Below, in pieces: positions 9,341 to 19,546 of a stretch of DNA of 64,000 nt (position 1 is its first letter; each line of letters begins with the position of its first letter). A model generated the notes under the pieces. That model was not told the DNA's origin and did no database searches. It saw only the letters and a list, made by a program, of their open reading frames with translations. This DNA is from Bacteriovoracaceae bacterium (GTDB lineage: Bacteria; Bdellovibrionota; Bacteriovoracia; Bacteriovoracales; Bacteriovoracaceae). The position numbers and the translations under genes are program-made. Location: contig JABIHA010000074.1 of NCBI GenBank assembly GCA_018649885.1, forward strand, positions 1 to 64,000, in the 5' to 3' direction.

Positions 9341-12025
9341 TCAAAAGATTAGATTTAAGGCCAATCCTCCCTTAATATTTTCATTATTTTTATCACCACT
9401 ATTTTCAAAACTATATGAAAGATCTATTCCAACACTACTATTTTTAATAAAATCATATTCAATCAATGAATTAATTTCCCTGCCAAAAACCAATCCACGT
9501 TTTTTTTGAAATCCTAAGTTGGCACGTATATTTGTTTTAAGTCCTAGAGGACCAATTTTTTTGTCAAATCCAAATACTCCACCCAATTTAAGAATATCGC
9601 TTTCATTTTCATTGTACTTTGATTCGGAAATTGCCTCTAGAAAGGGTCCCATTTCAAAAGAGTGATCCTTTGTAATTTTTCTCAAATAAGACAAACCCAC
9701 TGTGCTTTCAGTATGTTTTTTGTCTTGAACTATAGGAGACTTACTTTCAAAGTAAGTGGTAAAACGATTTTTGGTGCTGGGAGTCCACTCTAAATAACTT
9801 TCAATTGAATTTTTAATAAGAGATGCTCTATTTAATAACTCTCTCTCTTCATCAATGATTTCTGAACTCAATTTAAAACTCCAGAATATTTTTTCCATAT
9901 TCAAAACAGAGAGTTCAACGGAGATAGGCATTTTCCCAAGGTGCTCACTACTATTAAAAAGGTATCCAACTGTAATTTTTCCAAAGTTTAGGTAGTAACT
10001 AATGGCAGGGAGTACTTGTTCAAGATGATTTTTCTTTTCTGAATCACTAGAGAACCTTGAATATTCAATTGAGCTTTCAAAACTCGAAAACCTTTTAGAT
10101 ACCTTGGCAGTGCCAGAGATATAATTAAGTTGACCTTGTTTGATGGCATTAGCAGTTGTTTTAATTTTAAACTGCTTCTCAACTTGTTCCTTGTTACGGA
10201 GGTAAGTAAGATAGTTTTTTTGGGACTCAGATTCTGCATCACTGCCTAGTGTCTTTTCTTTTTCATGAATAAAAGATTCAGCGGCCTTGGTTTCCCCTGC
10301 ATCTAACGAAGCATAAATCGCTGAATTTTTTAATTCAATACTATCTGGAAATTTAACGAGTGCATTTTCTAGCGTAGCAATTGCGAGTCGTCTATTTTGT
10401 TTGTTAAAATAGCATCTTGAGACGGCCAAATACTCTTCATCCAATGTAAAAGAGGCTTTCGATATCACATGATTACAATATTCGTGATATTCGTCCAGTT
10501 TGTCTGCAAGGGCAAGGAGCTCTATTTTTTTCACAGTGTAATAAGGATCTTGTGCTAAATTCCTATACTTCATGGCCAGCTCTAGCTGATTCAAGGCCTT
10601 CACAACACTGCCTGAGCCCTGCAACTGATTGACGTAGTACAAGTTGGCCTGATGATGAGATGGTCGTTTTTGAATTAAATACAATGCCGCTTGCTCAGCA
10701 GTACTATTTTCTGAAAATCTGATTGCAAGATCAAGGATTAACTCTGCCAAATCATGGTCTCTATTTTTATTTTCCCACACAGGAGCAACAAGAGCATAGG
10801 ATTTTTTATATTCACCTTTTTCGTAATGTAAACTCGCGACCTTCAAGATGACACGATCTCTTTCAGTGATTTTCTTTATAGAAGATGGGCTTCGACCATT
10901 TTTATCTGAGCTACTTAAATACTTATAATAATAAATCAGTGCCTGGTCTTTATTGCCAATTAGCTCATAAATTTCACCTAGTTCTTTATAAATTGTAGGC
11001 ATGATATTTTTCTTAAGTATAATTCGATGATAAATCCTAAGTCCTTGTGTGTACTCTTTTATTTCTATCCACCTGAGTGCCAATTGATGAAGACCGCTGC
11101 TCGACTCTTCCATTGCACTTTCATAAATTTTGTAGATACTTTTTATTTCTTCAAGATTCCCACTCTTTTTCATTCTATCTGAATGGGCAAATGCAATAAA
11201 GTCAAGGCCTGGGTGCGCTTTAAACATCTCTGCCCAAAATTCACTCTCTCTTTTTTTGCCAAACACTAACCCCGTTAATTTGCTGACAATCCTTATATAC
11301 TCAAATTCCTCTATGAATATTTTTTCAGGCATATTTAATATATCTTCAGGATTTTTAAAACGGGGATTTAAGTAAATTAAAAAGTTTTTAAGCGCCTGTC
11401 CTGCATTTAATGAGAGTTGATAAGCTTCGGCCAAAATCTTTCTCATTTCCCTATCATTTTCTAATTTTAAATAATTCTCTAGAAAAATAGTGGTTTTTTT
11501 AACATCACCGATTGAGATATAAAATGCTGAGGCCAATCTCAAGTTATTAGGCAATTGACTGCCAAGGATTTCACTAAAAATCCTATCGGCATCTACATAC
11601 ATTTTTAAATAGCGGTAACCTTCAGCGACTTTAGTTTTTTCGAGATAGAGCTCTTCTCCCTTGAAAAATTTAAAGCTCAACTCTCTCGCTTTTAATGCAT
11701 CAACAGGTCTTCGGTCCCAATCTGAGAGTTTTTTTAGCTCGCCAATATATTCCTGATTCTTTGGTCTCAATGCGACCACTTTCTTTTGAATATCAATGGC
11801 CTTTTGTAAATCACCCTGCACTACAAAATAGTCTTTTATTTTTTTTAGTGCAAAAATATTTTTTGAATCTGCCTTATTTACTTTTACCAGATAATGAAAG
11901 GCGCTCTCAAAATCATAGCTATTAAAATAGGTCATCCCAAGCTTTAAATCACTTGGAATAGTTGCTAGCACAGCAACGACAACGCTAAAGATAAAAACAA
12001 CTACCATCCCCTTACCTATTTTCAC
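9341..12025 (-). CDS. pelB: PelB-like TPR + outer-membrane beta-barrel export protein
   Basis: N-terminal hydrophobic segment, long TPR region, C-terminal beta-strands ending in Phe; GTG start with AGGAGG; follows pelA. Confidence 0.75.
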   Translation of the reverse strand: MKIGKGMVVVFIFSVVVAVLATIPSDLKLGMTYFNSYDFESAFHYLVKVNKADSKNIFALKKIKDYFVVQGDLQKAIDIQKKVVALRPKNQEYIGELKKLSDWDRRPVDALKARELSFKFFKGEELYLEKTKVAEGYRYLKMYVDADRIFSEILGSQLPNNLRLASAFYISIGDVKKTTIFLENYLKLENDREMRKILAEAYQLSLNAGQALKNFLIYLNPRFKNPEDILNMPEKIFIEEFEYIRIVSKLTGLVFGKKRESEFWAEMFKAHPGLDFIAFAHSDRMKKSGNLEEIKSIYKIYESAMEESSSGLHQLALRWIEIKEYTQGLRIYHRIILKKNIMPTIYKELGEIYELIGNKDQALIYYYKYLSSSDKNGRSPSSIKKITERDRVILKVASLHYEKGEYKKSYALVAPVWENKNRDHDLAELILDLAIRFSENSTAEQAALYLIQKRPSHHQANLYYVNQLQGSGSVVKALNQLELAMKYRNLAQDPYYTVKKIELLALADKLDEYHEYCNHVISKASFTLDEEYLAVSRCYFNKQNRRLAIATLENALVKFPDSIELKNSAIYASLDAGETKAAESFIHEKEKTLGSDAESESQKNYLTYLRNKEQVEKQFKIKTTANAIKQGQLNYISGTAKVSKRFSSFESSIEYSRFSSDSEKKNHLEQVLPAISYYLNFGKITVGYLFNSSEHLGKMPISVELSVLNMEKIFWSFKLSSEIIDEERELLNRASLIKNSIESYLEWTPSTKNRFTTYFESKSPIVQDKKHTESTVGLSYLRKITKDHSFEMGPFLEAISESKYNENESDILKLGGVFGFDKKIGPLGLKTNIRANLGFQKKRGLVFGREINSLIEYDFIKNSSVGIDLSYSFENSGDKNNENIKGGLALNLIF

Positions 12026-14000
12026 TTCTCCCTCCTATTTCGAAAAGAAAAGCACTCTCGCGAGTTACTCCATCAGCAGTATCAATTTTTCCATTGGCCT
12101 TTTTTACTTCCTTGACCCAACCATTACATGACTTTATATATTCTTGTTTCGGCGGTTTATGAGACAAGACGATATTGGCGTGATCATCACTCCCAAGATA
12201 GAGGTACAAACTACCTTGATAAAATCCATGCCCAATAATATTCTTTGATTTATTGTAGTCAGGGTATCGCCCGTCTTGTTCAAAGCGTATTGTTTTTATA
12301 TATTTAGCATTTTCAACTCTGTAGTTACCAACATCTTGCTTATAGGTTTTTATTTCCTGATAATTGCTAATAAGCTTAATATAGTCACTTGCAAACATCA
12401 TGGTTTTATCTGTTTTGTCTAACCACCTGTATATATCGTTAAGCGCCTTTAGTGAGGCAATCTTCTCACCTGAATAAAAATGATAGTAAATATTTATTGG
12501 TTTAATTCTTACCGGGCTTTCTGTTCGCTCAAATGTTTCAATCACATCTTTAAAACCACTATAAGGACCTTCCCAGGTATTGGTATAAATATTTTCGTTG
12601 GCATTGGAAGCATAGACTTGTGTATACTCCTCAACTGTTCTGTACAAAGATGATAGGTTTGAGTAGCTGTTATATATACGATCGAAGCGACTATCCCCGC
12701 CATTCATATTGAGAATTCCACTCAATGCACTTTGCCTTAGCGCTTCCTTCGGAGGTCTGCATGAGCCTGACCACAACAACACATTTGTTTTTTTTCCCTC
12801 TGACACCAAATTTTTATTGATGTACTCCAAGGAGCTTACTACTTCAGTTTGATAATTGAGATCATATCCTGGGATGTCATAAGCCAGGATCGTCCCTTTG
12901 TGAGAGAGGTGATCATCGCCTAGATACGAGACGACCTCTTCGCTAGATGGGTTTTTCTCCCAACTTAAAGGATGAGAATATGTGTGACTTGCAGCTTCGA
13001 CATAGGGAAGTGAGAATAATTTTTTAGTCTCACTCACCGCCACTTCATTCCCTTTGAGATTTGGGTCAATTTCGGCAACTACTACTGAGGCCGTCGTGGG
13101 AAATTTATATTTTTGAACAATTTTTTCACTTACAATCTTCCCGCTATTACTCTTTCTATCAATATCACTGATATTTATAAAACCATCTCCATCAATATGG
13201 ATATATGAGATCCTATTTCCACACAATGTAGTTGTGTCAGGAATAGGTATATCGACAACTCCATACACCTTCTCTATTAGTTTAAAAGGATTAACTCTCC
13301 ACTGAGTTCGATGGTTGTAAGGATCAGAAAATATATCAAATCCTTCCTGTACATACCCAAATCTGGTAGAAAAGGTAATTACATCTGCAGGGATTTTCTG
13401 TCCCCTCACCTCAATTTGTAACCAATTTTCTGCTCGAGGTTTCTTATTCTGGACTAATCTAACATAATTGATTTCCCCAACGAGGGTTCTTTCAAACTCA
13501 ACAAGATCTTTATTAAAATTATCCTTAGTTTTAAAAAGTAATGAATTTTCAAAGAAAAGATCGTAAAACGTTAAACCAACACTACGTAGCCTTCTATTTA
13601 CGATATTCGTCCTGACAACTTTCCCATTTTGATCTTTAAATGCTCCCAGCTCTCCCATAACTAAAGTAGGGATTTTTAATTCTAATACTTGCTCAAGCCA
13701 AGCAAGGTAACTTTTTGGAGATTTTTGCTTTTGATCTAAAAGCCAAGAGACAATCCCAGCATACTGCTGCTTCAATTTAATTGGTGAGATTCTTGGAACT
13801 CCATTATTTAGATCATGATATTCCAGTATATAACCGTAGTGATTGAAGACCACTTCAAAGTGCTTGTGGAGATAAGTTTGTTCATACTCAGAGGTTGAGT
13901 ATTCGGTACTGTCCCACAATGCTAGAATTCTACGTTTTATTGGGGCTGCATTAACGTTGACTGCGATTAGTAAAAGTAGGATAGCAAGTGACTTGATCAT
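12012..14000 (-). CDS. pelA: PelA-like polysaccharide deacetylase lacking the N-terminal glycoside hydrolase domain
   Basis: Signal peptide; PIPDTTT, HIDGDGF, ASHTYSHP, NENIYTN.W and YYHFYS motifs; ATG 14000 with RBS overlaps kinase stop. Confidence 0.9.
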   Translation of the reverse strand: MIKSLAILLLLIAVNVNAAPIKRRILALWDSTEYSTSEYEQTYLHKHFEVVFNHYGYILEYHDLNNGVPRISPIKLKQQYAGIVSWLLDQKQKSPKSYLAWLEQVLELKIPTLVMGELGAFKDQNGKVVRTNIVNRRLRSVGLTFYDLFFENSLLFKTKDNFNKDLVEFERTLVGEINYVRLVQNKKPRAENWLQIEVRGQKIPADVITFSTRFGYVQEGFDIFSDPYNHRTQWRVNPFKLIEKVYGVVDIPIPDTTTLCGNRISYIHIDGDGFINISDIDRKSNSGKIVSEKIVQKYKFPTTASVVVAEIDPNLKGNEVAVSETKKLFSLPYVEAASHTYSHPLSWEKNPSSEEVVSYLGDDHLSHKGTILAYDIPGYDLNYQTEVVSSLEYINKNLVSEGKKTNVLLWSGSCRPPKEALRQSALSGILNMNGGDSRFDRIYNSYSNLSSLYRTVEEYTQVYASNANENIYTNTWEGPYSGFKDVIETFERTESPVRIKPINIYYHFYSGEKIASLKALNDIYRWLDKTDKTMMFASDYIKLISNYQEIKTYKQDVGNYRVENAKYIKTIRFEQDGRYPDYNKSKNIIGHGFYQGSLYLYLGSDDHANIVLSHKPPKQEYIKSCNGWVKEVKKANGKIDTADGVTRESAFLFEIGGRSENR

Positions 14001-15934
14001 CTTCCCTCCCACGTTTTCATAGAAGAGCCAAACTCAGCTATAGTTTTTTTCCAAATATTAACAAGATAGTTCTTTTCATATACAATATTTTCTATTTCCT
14101 GGTTTTCAATTAAATCAATCATTCTCTTGCAATGTGTCTCTAGCCTTTTTGCACCAATACCATGTGAGGTATTACGCAACGTATGGACGATCTTGTATAA
14201 TCCTTTTTGATCAATACCGCTTTCCAGTGATGTAATGGATTTATTAGACTCAGCTTCAAAAATACTATACATCTCAAATAAAAATTGTTCATTATTTGAT
14301 AGCTTTTGTAATTCACTAAGCCTGCCATCATCAATATACATATTGTTTTCAAAAGGAAGTGCTGACCACTGTTTAACGCAATTAATTAATTCTTCTCTTC
14401 CATACGGTTTTTGTAGAATATCACTGACAGTTCCATTTTTTTTGAGTTCATAAACCTTTTCAGATGTTTCGGCGGTCAGTAATACCACAGTGGGTCGACG
14501 TTCTAATGGGATCTTTTTCTTGAGCTCACCAATCAGTTCATCTCCGCTCGTTCCATTAATATTGAAATCAATGAAAATAAGATCAAATATACTCGATTCT
14601 AATACTTGGTCCACATCTTGAGCACTATTAAACGTTTCAATACTTCCCGGAATATCCTTCAAATATAGACCAAATATTTTATTATGAATTAAATCATCAT
14701 CTACAAGTAAGATATTGCATTCCCGACTTCCCCCTTCTTTGACATCAACCTTGGGAGTGCCCTTAAGGGTGGGGAGATTTAAATAAAAAGAAAAAGTACT
14801 TCCTTCACCACTTTTACTTTTTATCTCGAGCCTTGAATCCATGGCCTTTAAAATATTTTGGCAAATTGCAAGACCTAGACCTGTACCTCCATATTTTTGG
14901 AAGATAGATGAATCCTCTTGCCTGTGAGATCTCAGGATACTGCTTGTATATTCTTTTTTAATACCCTTTCCTGAATCGATTACTTTAAATGAGAGTGTCG
15001 CCATCTTCGAGCTTTGTTGTATTAATTTACAGCTAAAGATTACTGAGCCTGCATCTGTAAATTTAATGGCATTATCTATTAAATTCTGTAGTACTTGCTT
15101 TATCCTAGTGGCATCACCGCAATAGCTGAAGTTATCGGCCTTTTCAATTTGAAAACTTAGATTTATATTCTTTGCTTCGGCCTTAAATTTTGAAATGGTG
15201 AAAATTTCGCCAAAGATCTGAGAGATGTCTATTTTTTCATCTCTAAGTGAAAAGGTTCCCGACTTTAGTCTAGTCATTTCGAGCAGATCATCAACGATTC
15301 TTTGGAGCGAATGCCCAGATTGTATAATCTCTTTTACTGTATTTTTCTCATCTTCACTCCGAAGACGTTTTAACAATTCATTGCTCAGTCCCATTACACC
15401 GCTAATTGGTCCTTTTAATTCGTGACCTATTGTGGCCACAAACTCTTCTTTGTGGGAAACAAGCCCTTCTAATTTCTTTTTACTTGCGCTTAGTGTTTCA
15501 ATTGCATCTAAACTATTTTCTCTTTCTTTTTTTACTCTTAATGAAAGAAAGATTCTATTAAATAGTAAAGGAAAAGAGATAGGGATTGTTACGAATTGAT
15601 TTATATCCAAATTCAAAACAGAGTAGTCTTCATTTTTAATATGATCTCTATAGAGCCATATAATGGGCAGGTTACACGAGTCATGAACCTCTCGAATTAA
15701 TTTAACAACTGCAATCCCATCGGGATATTCTATTCCCTCATCTATGATTAAAATATCGTAATCTTTTTCACTTAATTTCTTTAGTATTTCAAATCCTGAA
15801 TTGGTTGTGTCGACACTAATGCCGCGCGAATCGAGGCGTTTTGCAATGACTTTACGATAAATAGCATCTTGAGAGGCGACCAATGCCTTCCCTGAAATCA
15901 TATCAATGCCTCTAGTCTCGTTGTTCAAATTCAT
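13997..15934 (-). CDS. Cytoplasmic hybrid histidine kinase (REC-HisKA-HATPase-REC-Hpt)
   Basis: GHELKGP H-box, NLIDNAIKFT, DSGKGI, GGTGLGL, two REC domains, HTLRNTS Hpt; no TM segment. Confidence 0.92.
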   Translation of the reverse strand: MNLNNETRGIDMISGKALVASQDAIYRKVIAKRLDSRGISVDTTNSGFEILKKLSEKDYDILIIDEGIEYPDGIAVVKLIREVHDSCNLPIIWLYRDHIKNEDYSVLNLDINQFVTIPISFPLLFNRIFLSLRVKKERENSLDAIETLSASKKKLEGLVSHKEEFVATIGHELKGPISGVMGLSNELLKRLRSEDEKNTVKEIIQSGHSLQRIVDDLLEMTRLKSGTFSLRDEKIDISQIFGEIFTISKFKAEAKNINLSFQIEKADNFSYCGDATRIKQVLQNLIDNAIKFTDAGSVIFSCKLIQQSSKMATLSFKVIDSGKGIKKEYTSSILRSHRQEDSSIFQKYGGTGLGLAICQNILKAMDSRLEIKSKSGEGSTFSFYLNLPTLKGTPKVDVKEGGSRECNILLVDDDLIHNKIFGLYLKDIPGSIETFNSAQDVDQVLESSIFDLIFIDFNINGTSGDELIGELKKKIPLERRPTVVLLTAETSEKVYELKKNGTVSDILQKPYGREELINCVKQWSALPFENNMYIDDGRLSELQKLSNNEQFLFEMYSIFEAESNKSITSLESGIDQKGLYKIVHTLRNTSHGIGAKRLETHCKRMIDLIENQEIENIVYEKNYLVNIWKKTIAEFGSSMKTWEGR

Positions 15935-17217
15935 ACTACCTGTAGTAATAAATCAAATGCCCATAGCATTTGGGAGTTTCTATATTTGTTTTCTAATTCT
16001 GATAAAATTAACTCTTCATCGAGGTGATGGTACTTAACTTTTTTTAGTTTTGTTAAATATTCTTTTGCAACTAAGAATATCATCAAGGTTCTATCCATTA
16101 CCTCTTCATCAATCCCGTATGGGTATCCAGATCCATCCCAACTCTCATGATGTTTGAGGATCATATTCTCGACTTTTGTTTCCGAAAACATTGAATTTCT
16201 CAAAAGCTGTGAGGCAAGAATCGGATGATTTAATATTTGTTCTTTTTCTATTGGGTCTAGTAGATCTAGATTAGATTTGCTTCCCTCTGATTTTGAATTC
16301 ATTTCTTGACCATCAATTCCAACATCGTGAAGTAGCGATGCCAAGCAAATCCCTTTTAAATCATCTAGTGTACTTTCTTCTGCAGCAGCAATCATTTTGC
16401 TACACAAAATGCTAAGCATTAGCCCATGCTCAGATATAAAAAGGTACTCTTCTTTCATAATGAAGTACTTTAAAACCTGTGCCAATTTTTCAATGCTTTC
16501 ACACTGCTCTAAAATCGCCTTCGTTATGTAGGCAAGTAGGTATAAGACCGTTTTATTAAGTCCTATCTTTTTGGCCAGCTCAATTGAGAGGTAATGGAAT
16601 TTGAATAGGAAAGGTGCTATCTGCGATAAATTGGATTCATCAACCTCTTTTAACTGTGAAAAAAGTCTATTGGCAACAAGTGAAATGACTTCTACGTAGT
16701 CTTCACTTTTGACGTAGAGGTATTCAACTTTATTTAAATTTTCAATTGTTGAAAATGCAGGCAATAGTTTGCCATCCCCAATGGGCAATAGAATATATTT
16801 TTCGTCACTAACTTTAACATATAGTTCTATTTTAATTTCCTCAATACTTTCAAGGAGATTAATTCTAACTCTCTCAAACTCACCTAAGCCTTTTTTGGGA
16901 TTTCCATCTTTACAAATGGCCTCATCAACAATTTTCAATAATTGATCTAAGTCTAAAGGGTCAATAACTTGCCTTAAATTGTCGTCACAGTTTTTTAGTC
17001 CTGCCGGAAAACGATATGAAAATACCTTTCGACCTTTGACTTCTGGCCAGGGGAAAAATTGTTCATTGGCAATAATGATACAAGGGGACTCATCAAAAGT
17101 AGTTCCCTTTTGATCAAATTTTGAAAAGGTCACGACATCGTGACCTAGTTCAAATTTAATGGAACTGGAAATTAATTCTCTTAAAGAATCAATTTCTTCA
17201 GCTACGTACACGAGCAT
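15931..17217 (-). CDS. HD-GYP family protein with degenerate N-terminal REC
   Basis: LLHDVG, NHP and HHESWDGSGYP; ATG 17217 preceded by GGGGAG; ORF track starts at 17262. Confidence 0.85.
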   Translation of the reverse strand: MLVYVAEEIDSLRELISSSIKFELGHDVVTFSKFDQKGTTFDESPCIIIANEQFFPWPEVKGRKVFSYRFPAGLKNCDDNLRQVIDPLDLDQLLKIVDEAICKDGNPKKGLGEFERVRINLLESIEEIKIELYVKVSDEKYILLPIGDGKLLPAFSTIENLNKVEYLYVKSEDYVEVISLVANRLFSQLKEVDESNLSQIAPFLFKFHYLSIELAKKIGLNKTVLYLLAYITKAILEQCESIEKLAQVLKYFIMKEEYLFISEHGLMLSILCSKMIAAAEESTLDDLKGICLASLLHDVGIDGQEMNSKSEGSKSNLDLLDPIEKEQILNHPILASQLLRNSMFSETKVENMILKHHESWDGSGYPYGIDEEVMDRTLMIFLVAKEYLTKLKKVKYHHLDEELILSELENKYRNSQMLWAFDLLLQVV

Positions 17218-18199
17218 CAAGCTCCCCCAACTTCTTTTCCCAATTAAGTGCAGTTTCCACAATGATCTTTAAACTTTGGTACTTTGGCTCCCAACCCAGT
17301 ACTTCTTTTATCTTTCCACATTTTGACATAACAACGCTGGCATCTCCTGGTCGTCTGGGTGCTAGCTCGACACGGAAATCAACTCCCGATATTTCTTTAA
17401 CAATATTCAATACTTCATTGACACTAAAACCTGTGCCGTACCCGCAATTCAAAATGTGAGATTTTTTATTCACAAGTAGATACTTCAGCGCATTTACATG
17501 TGCCATTGCTAAATCTTGGACATGGATATAATCCCTGATGCAAGTACCATCGGCCGTCTCATAGTCAGTCCCAAATACCTTCATCCCTTCTCTTTTCCCA
17601 AGTGCTGTTTCACAAGCAACTTTGATAAGATGTGTGGCGCCTGGAAAACATTGTCCTATTTGGCCAGATGGATCGGCTCCCGACACATTAAAGTATCTAA
17701 GTGCAATATAATTGAACTGCTCATGGGCAAAAGAAGTGTCTTTTAGCATTTGTTCAGTCATCAACTTTGAATGACCATAAGGATTAATGGGAGAGGTCTT
17801 TGCTTGTTCGTCCGCAACGCCATCTTCTAGCATCCCATATACTGCTGCCGTAGAAGAAAAAATAAAATTTGGTACACCATATTTCTTACAAAGATTAATG
17901 ACTCTAAATGAATTAACGGTATTGTTACTATAATAACTAAGAGGATCTGAAACTGAATCAGGAACAACGATGCTTCCAGCAAAATGCAAAACACCAACGA
18001 ATTGATTGTCTTTAAATAGCTGCTCGATGGAATCTTGATCTTCTAGATGACCTTCAACAAACTCCCCAAATAAAACATTTTCACGTCTTCCAGTGGAAAG
18101 GTTGTCGTATACAACGATCTCGAAACCTTCTTCTCCTAAACATTTGACTACATGTGAGCCGATATATCCGGCGCCACCAGTAACTAAAATTTTCCCCAT
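17198..18199 (-). CDS. galE: UDP-glucose/UDP-GlcNAc 4-epimerase (PelX role)
   Basis: GGAGYIG, SSTAAVYG, YGHSK, LRYFNV and RDYIHV motifs. Confidence 0.95.
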   Translation of the reverse strand: MGKILVTGGAGYIGSHVVKCLGEEGFEIVVYDNLSTGRRENVLFGEFVEGHLEDQDSIEQLFKDNQFVGVLHFAGSIVVPDSVSDPLSYYSNNTVNSFRVINLCKKYGVPNFIFSSTAAVYGMLEDGVADEQAKTSPINPYGHSKLMTEQMLKDTSFAHEQFNYIALRYFNVSGADPSGQIGQCFPGATHLIKVACETALGKREGMKVFGTDYETADGTCIRDYIHVQDLAMAHVNALKYLLVNKKSHILNCGYGTGFSVNEVLNIVKEISGVDFRVELAPRRPGDASVVMSKCGKIKEVLGWEPKYQSLKIIVETALNWEKKLGELDARVRS

Positions 18200-18552
18200 G
18201 GTTACTCCCCTACTATTTCAAAGTCTTATGGATGAATTATTAACTGAGTTGAAGCACCCTGTGAAGCGGTGCGGAAATTTTTCTATAGTGAGTGCCGCGT
18301 TATTTAAGTACCTAACCTCTTGATTTTATAGAAGGCAAATATTCTAACTATATTATTTTTCAATTGGTACCTAACTATAAGAAAAGACGTAATTTTCTTC
18401 AGATTACAACTTAATATTTATAGATATTATTCAATATCTTCTCTCTCCTATTTTCAAGTAGTTATGGAAATTCTTGAATTTGCTAGGCAGATAGTGACCC
18501 TCTGCATGTATTTAATATTATTTGGGATAATGAACTAAATCATAGGATTCTC

Positions 18553-19182
18553 GTGGGAATAGCAAAAAAAATGAAACTTTTATCCAGTCTGTCCGTATTA
18601 TCCTCAAAGACAGATGAAGAGCTGATGAGGCTAGTTAGAGATAAGTCTGATCAGGAGGCATTTGCCATTCTCTTCAATAAGTTTAAAGGACCTATCGTGG
18701 GTTTTGTTTACGGGATGGTTAAAAACAGAAATCTAGCAGAAGACCTTACCCAAGAAGTCTTCATGAAAGTTTTCCGTTTTAGAGAGTCCTACGCTGGTGA
18801 CGGAAAATTTACCACATGGCTGTGGTCAATCGCTAGAAACACTACCATCGATTACTTTAGGAAGAAAAAGGATTTTCTACTCGATGATTTACTCTCCCCT
18901 GACAGTGGCGAAGGGGCCACGATAGAGAGTATTTCAGATGGCAAAGTAGAAGGACCAGAGGCAGAGCTAATAGAGAAAAGCGATGCCCTAATGATAAGAG
19001 AGTGTATGGATAAACTTCCGCCAAAACAAAAGGAGGCCCTCACTCTTAGAGTATTTAGTGAATTAAGCTATGATGAAATAGCATCTGCGATGAATATTTC
19101 TAAGGCCAATGTCAAATCTTTGATTTTTAGGGCCAAGGAAAAATTGATTAAATTAGTTGAGGACGGAAATGAAAACGACTAG
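18553..19182 (+). CDS. ECF sigma-70 factor
   Basis: AEDLTQEVF, FTTWLWSIARN and region-4 LSYDEIA...VKSLIFRA. Confidence 0.93.
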   Translation: MGIAKKMKLLSSLSVLSSKTDEELMRLVRDKSDQEAFAILFNKFKGPIVGFVYGMVKNRNLAEDLTQEVFMKVFRFRESYAGDGKFTTWLWSIARNTTIDYFRKKKDFLLDDLLSPDSGEGATIESISDGKVEGPEAELIEKSDALMIRECMDKLPPKQKEALTLRVFSELSYDEIASAMNISKANVKSLIFRAKEKLIKLVEDGNEND

Positions 19183-19546
19183 ATTTGAAAATGCTCTTAA
19201 AAATAAACTTGAGGTAGGCCTCAGTGGTGATTTTGATAGCGCTTTCTGGACCAAATTTAATTCAGAGTTTGAAGAGAAAATTTCAACCTCTAAAAGTAGC
19301 GTAAAAGCGAAAAGACCATGGTTTCTATCAAAAGCATTTATGGCAGGGATATCATTTGCTGCTTTTCTTGTAATAAGTGTGACTGTTTTTAAGCCTTTTG
19401 AGGAATTATCACCTCAGTCACAAATGGAAGTGGCAATGATCCTGGAAATGGAGCCTGCACTTGATAACTTAGATCTATTTTCGCAAGTTGATAACCTAGA
19501 ATTAACAGAAGACGAGTGGAATGTACTTGTTGGAGATATAATATAA
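19169..19546 (+). CDS. Putative single-TM anti-sigma factor
   Basis: Overlaps ECF gene end; one TM helix; acidic C-terminus; ATG 19169. Confidence 0.65.
   Translation: MKTTRFENALKNKLEVGLSGDFDSAFWTKFNSEFEEKISTSKSSVKAKRPWFLSKAFMAGISFAAFLVISVTVFKPFEELSPQSQMEVAMILEMEPALDNLDLFSQVDNLELTEDEWNVLVGDII

Noticed and set aside
1087..18199. pel region as a mobile genomic island
   Set aside because: No integrase, transposase, tRNA or flanking direct repeats seen; composition shift was not computed
18281..18296. GGCACTCAC upstream of galE (also near 42890) as a sigma54 promoter or shared operator
   Set aside because: Neither copy has TTGC at -12, and a shared 9-mer alone is too weak
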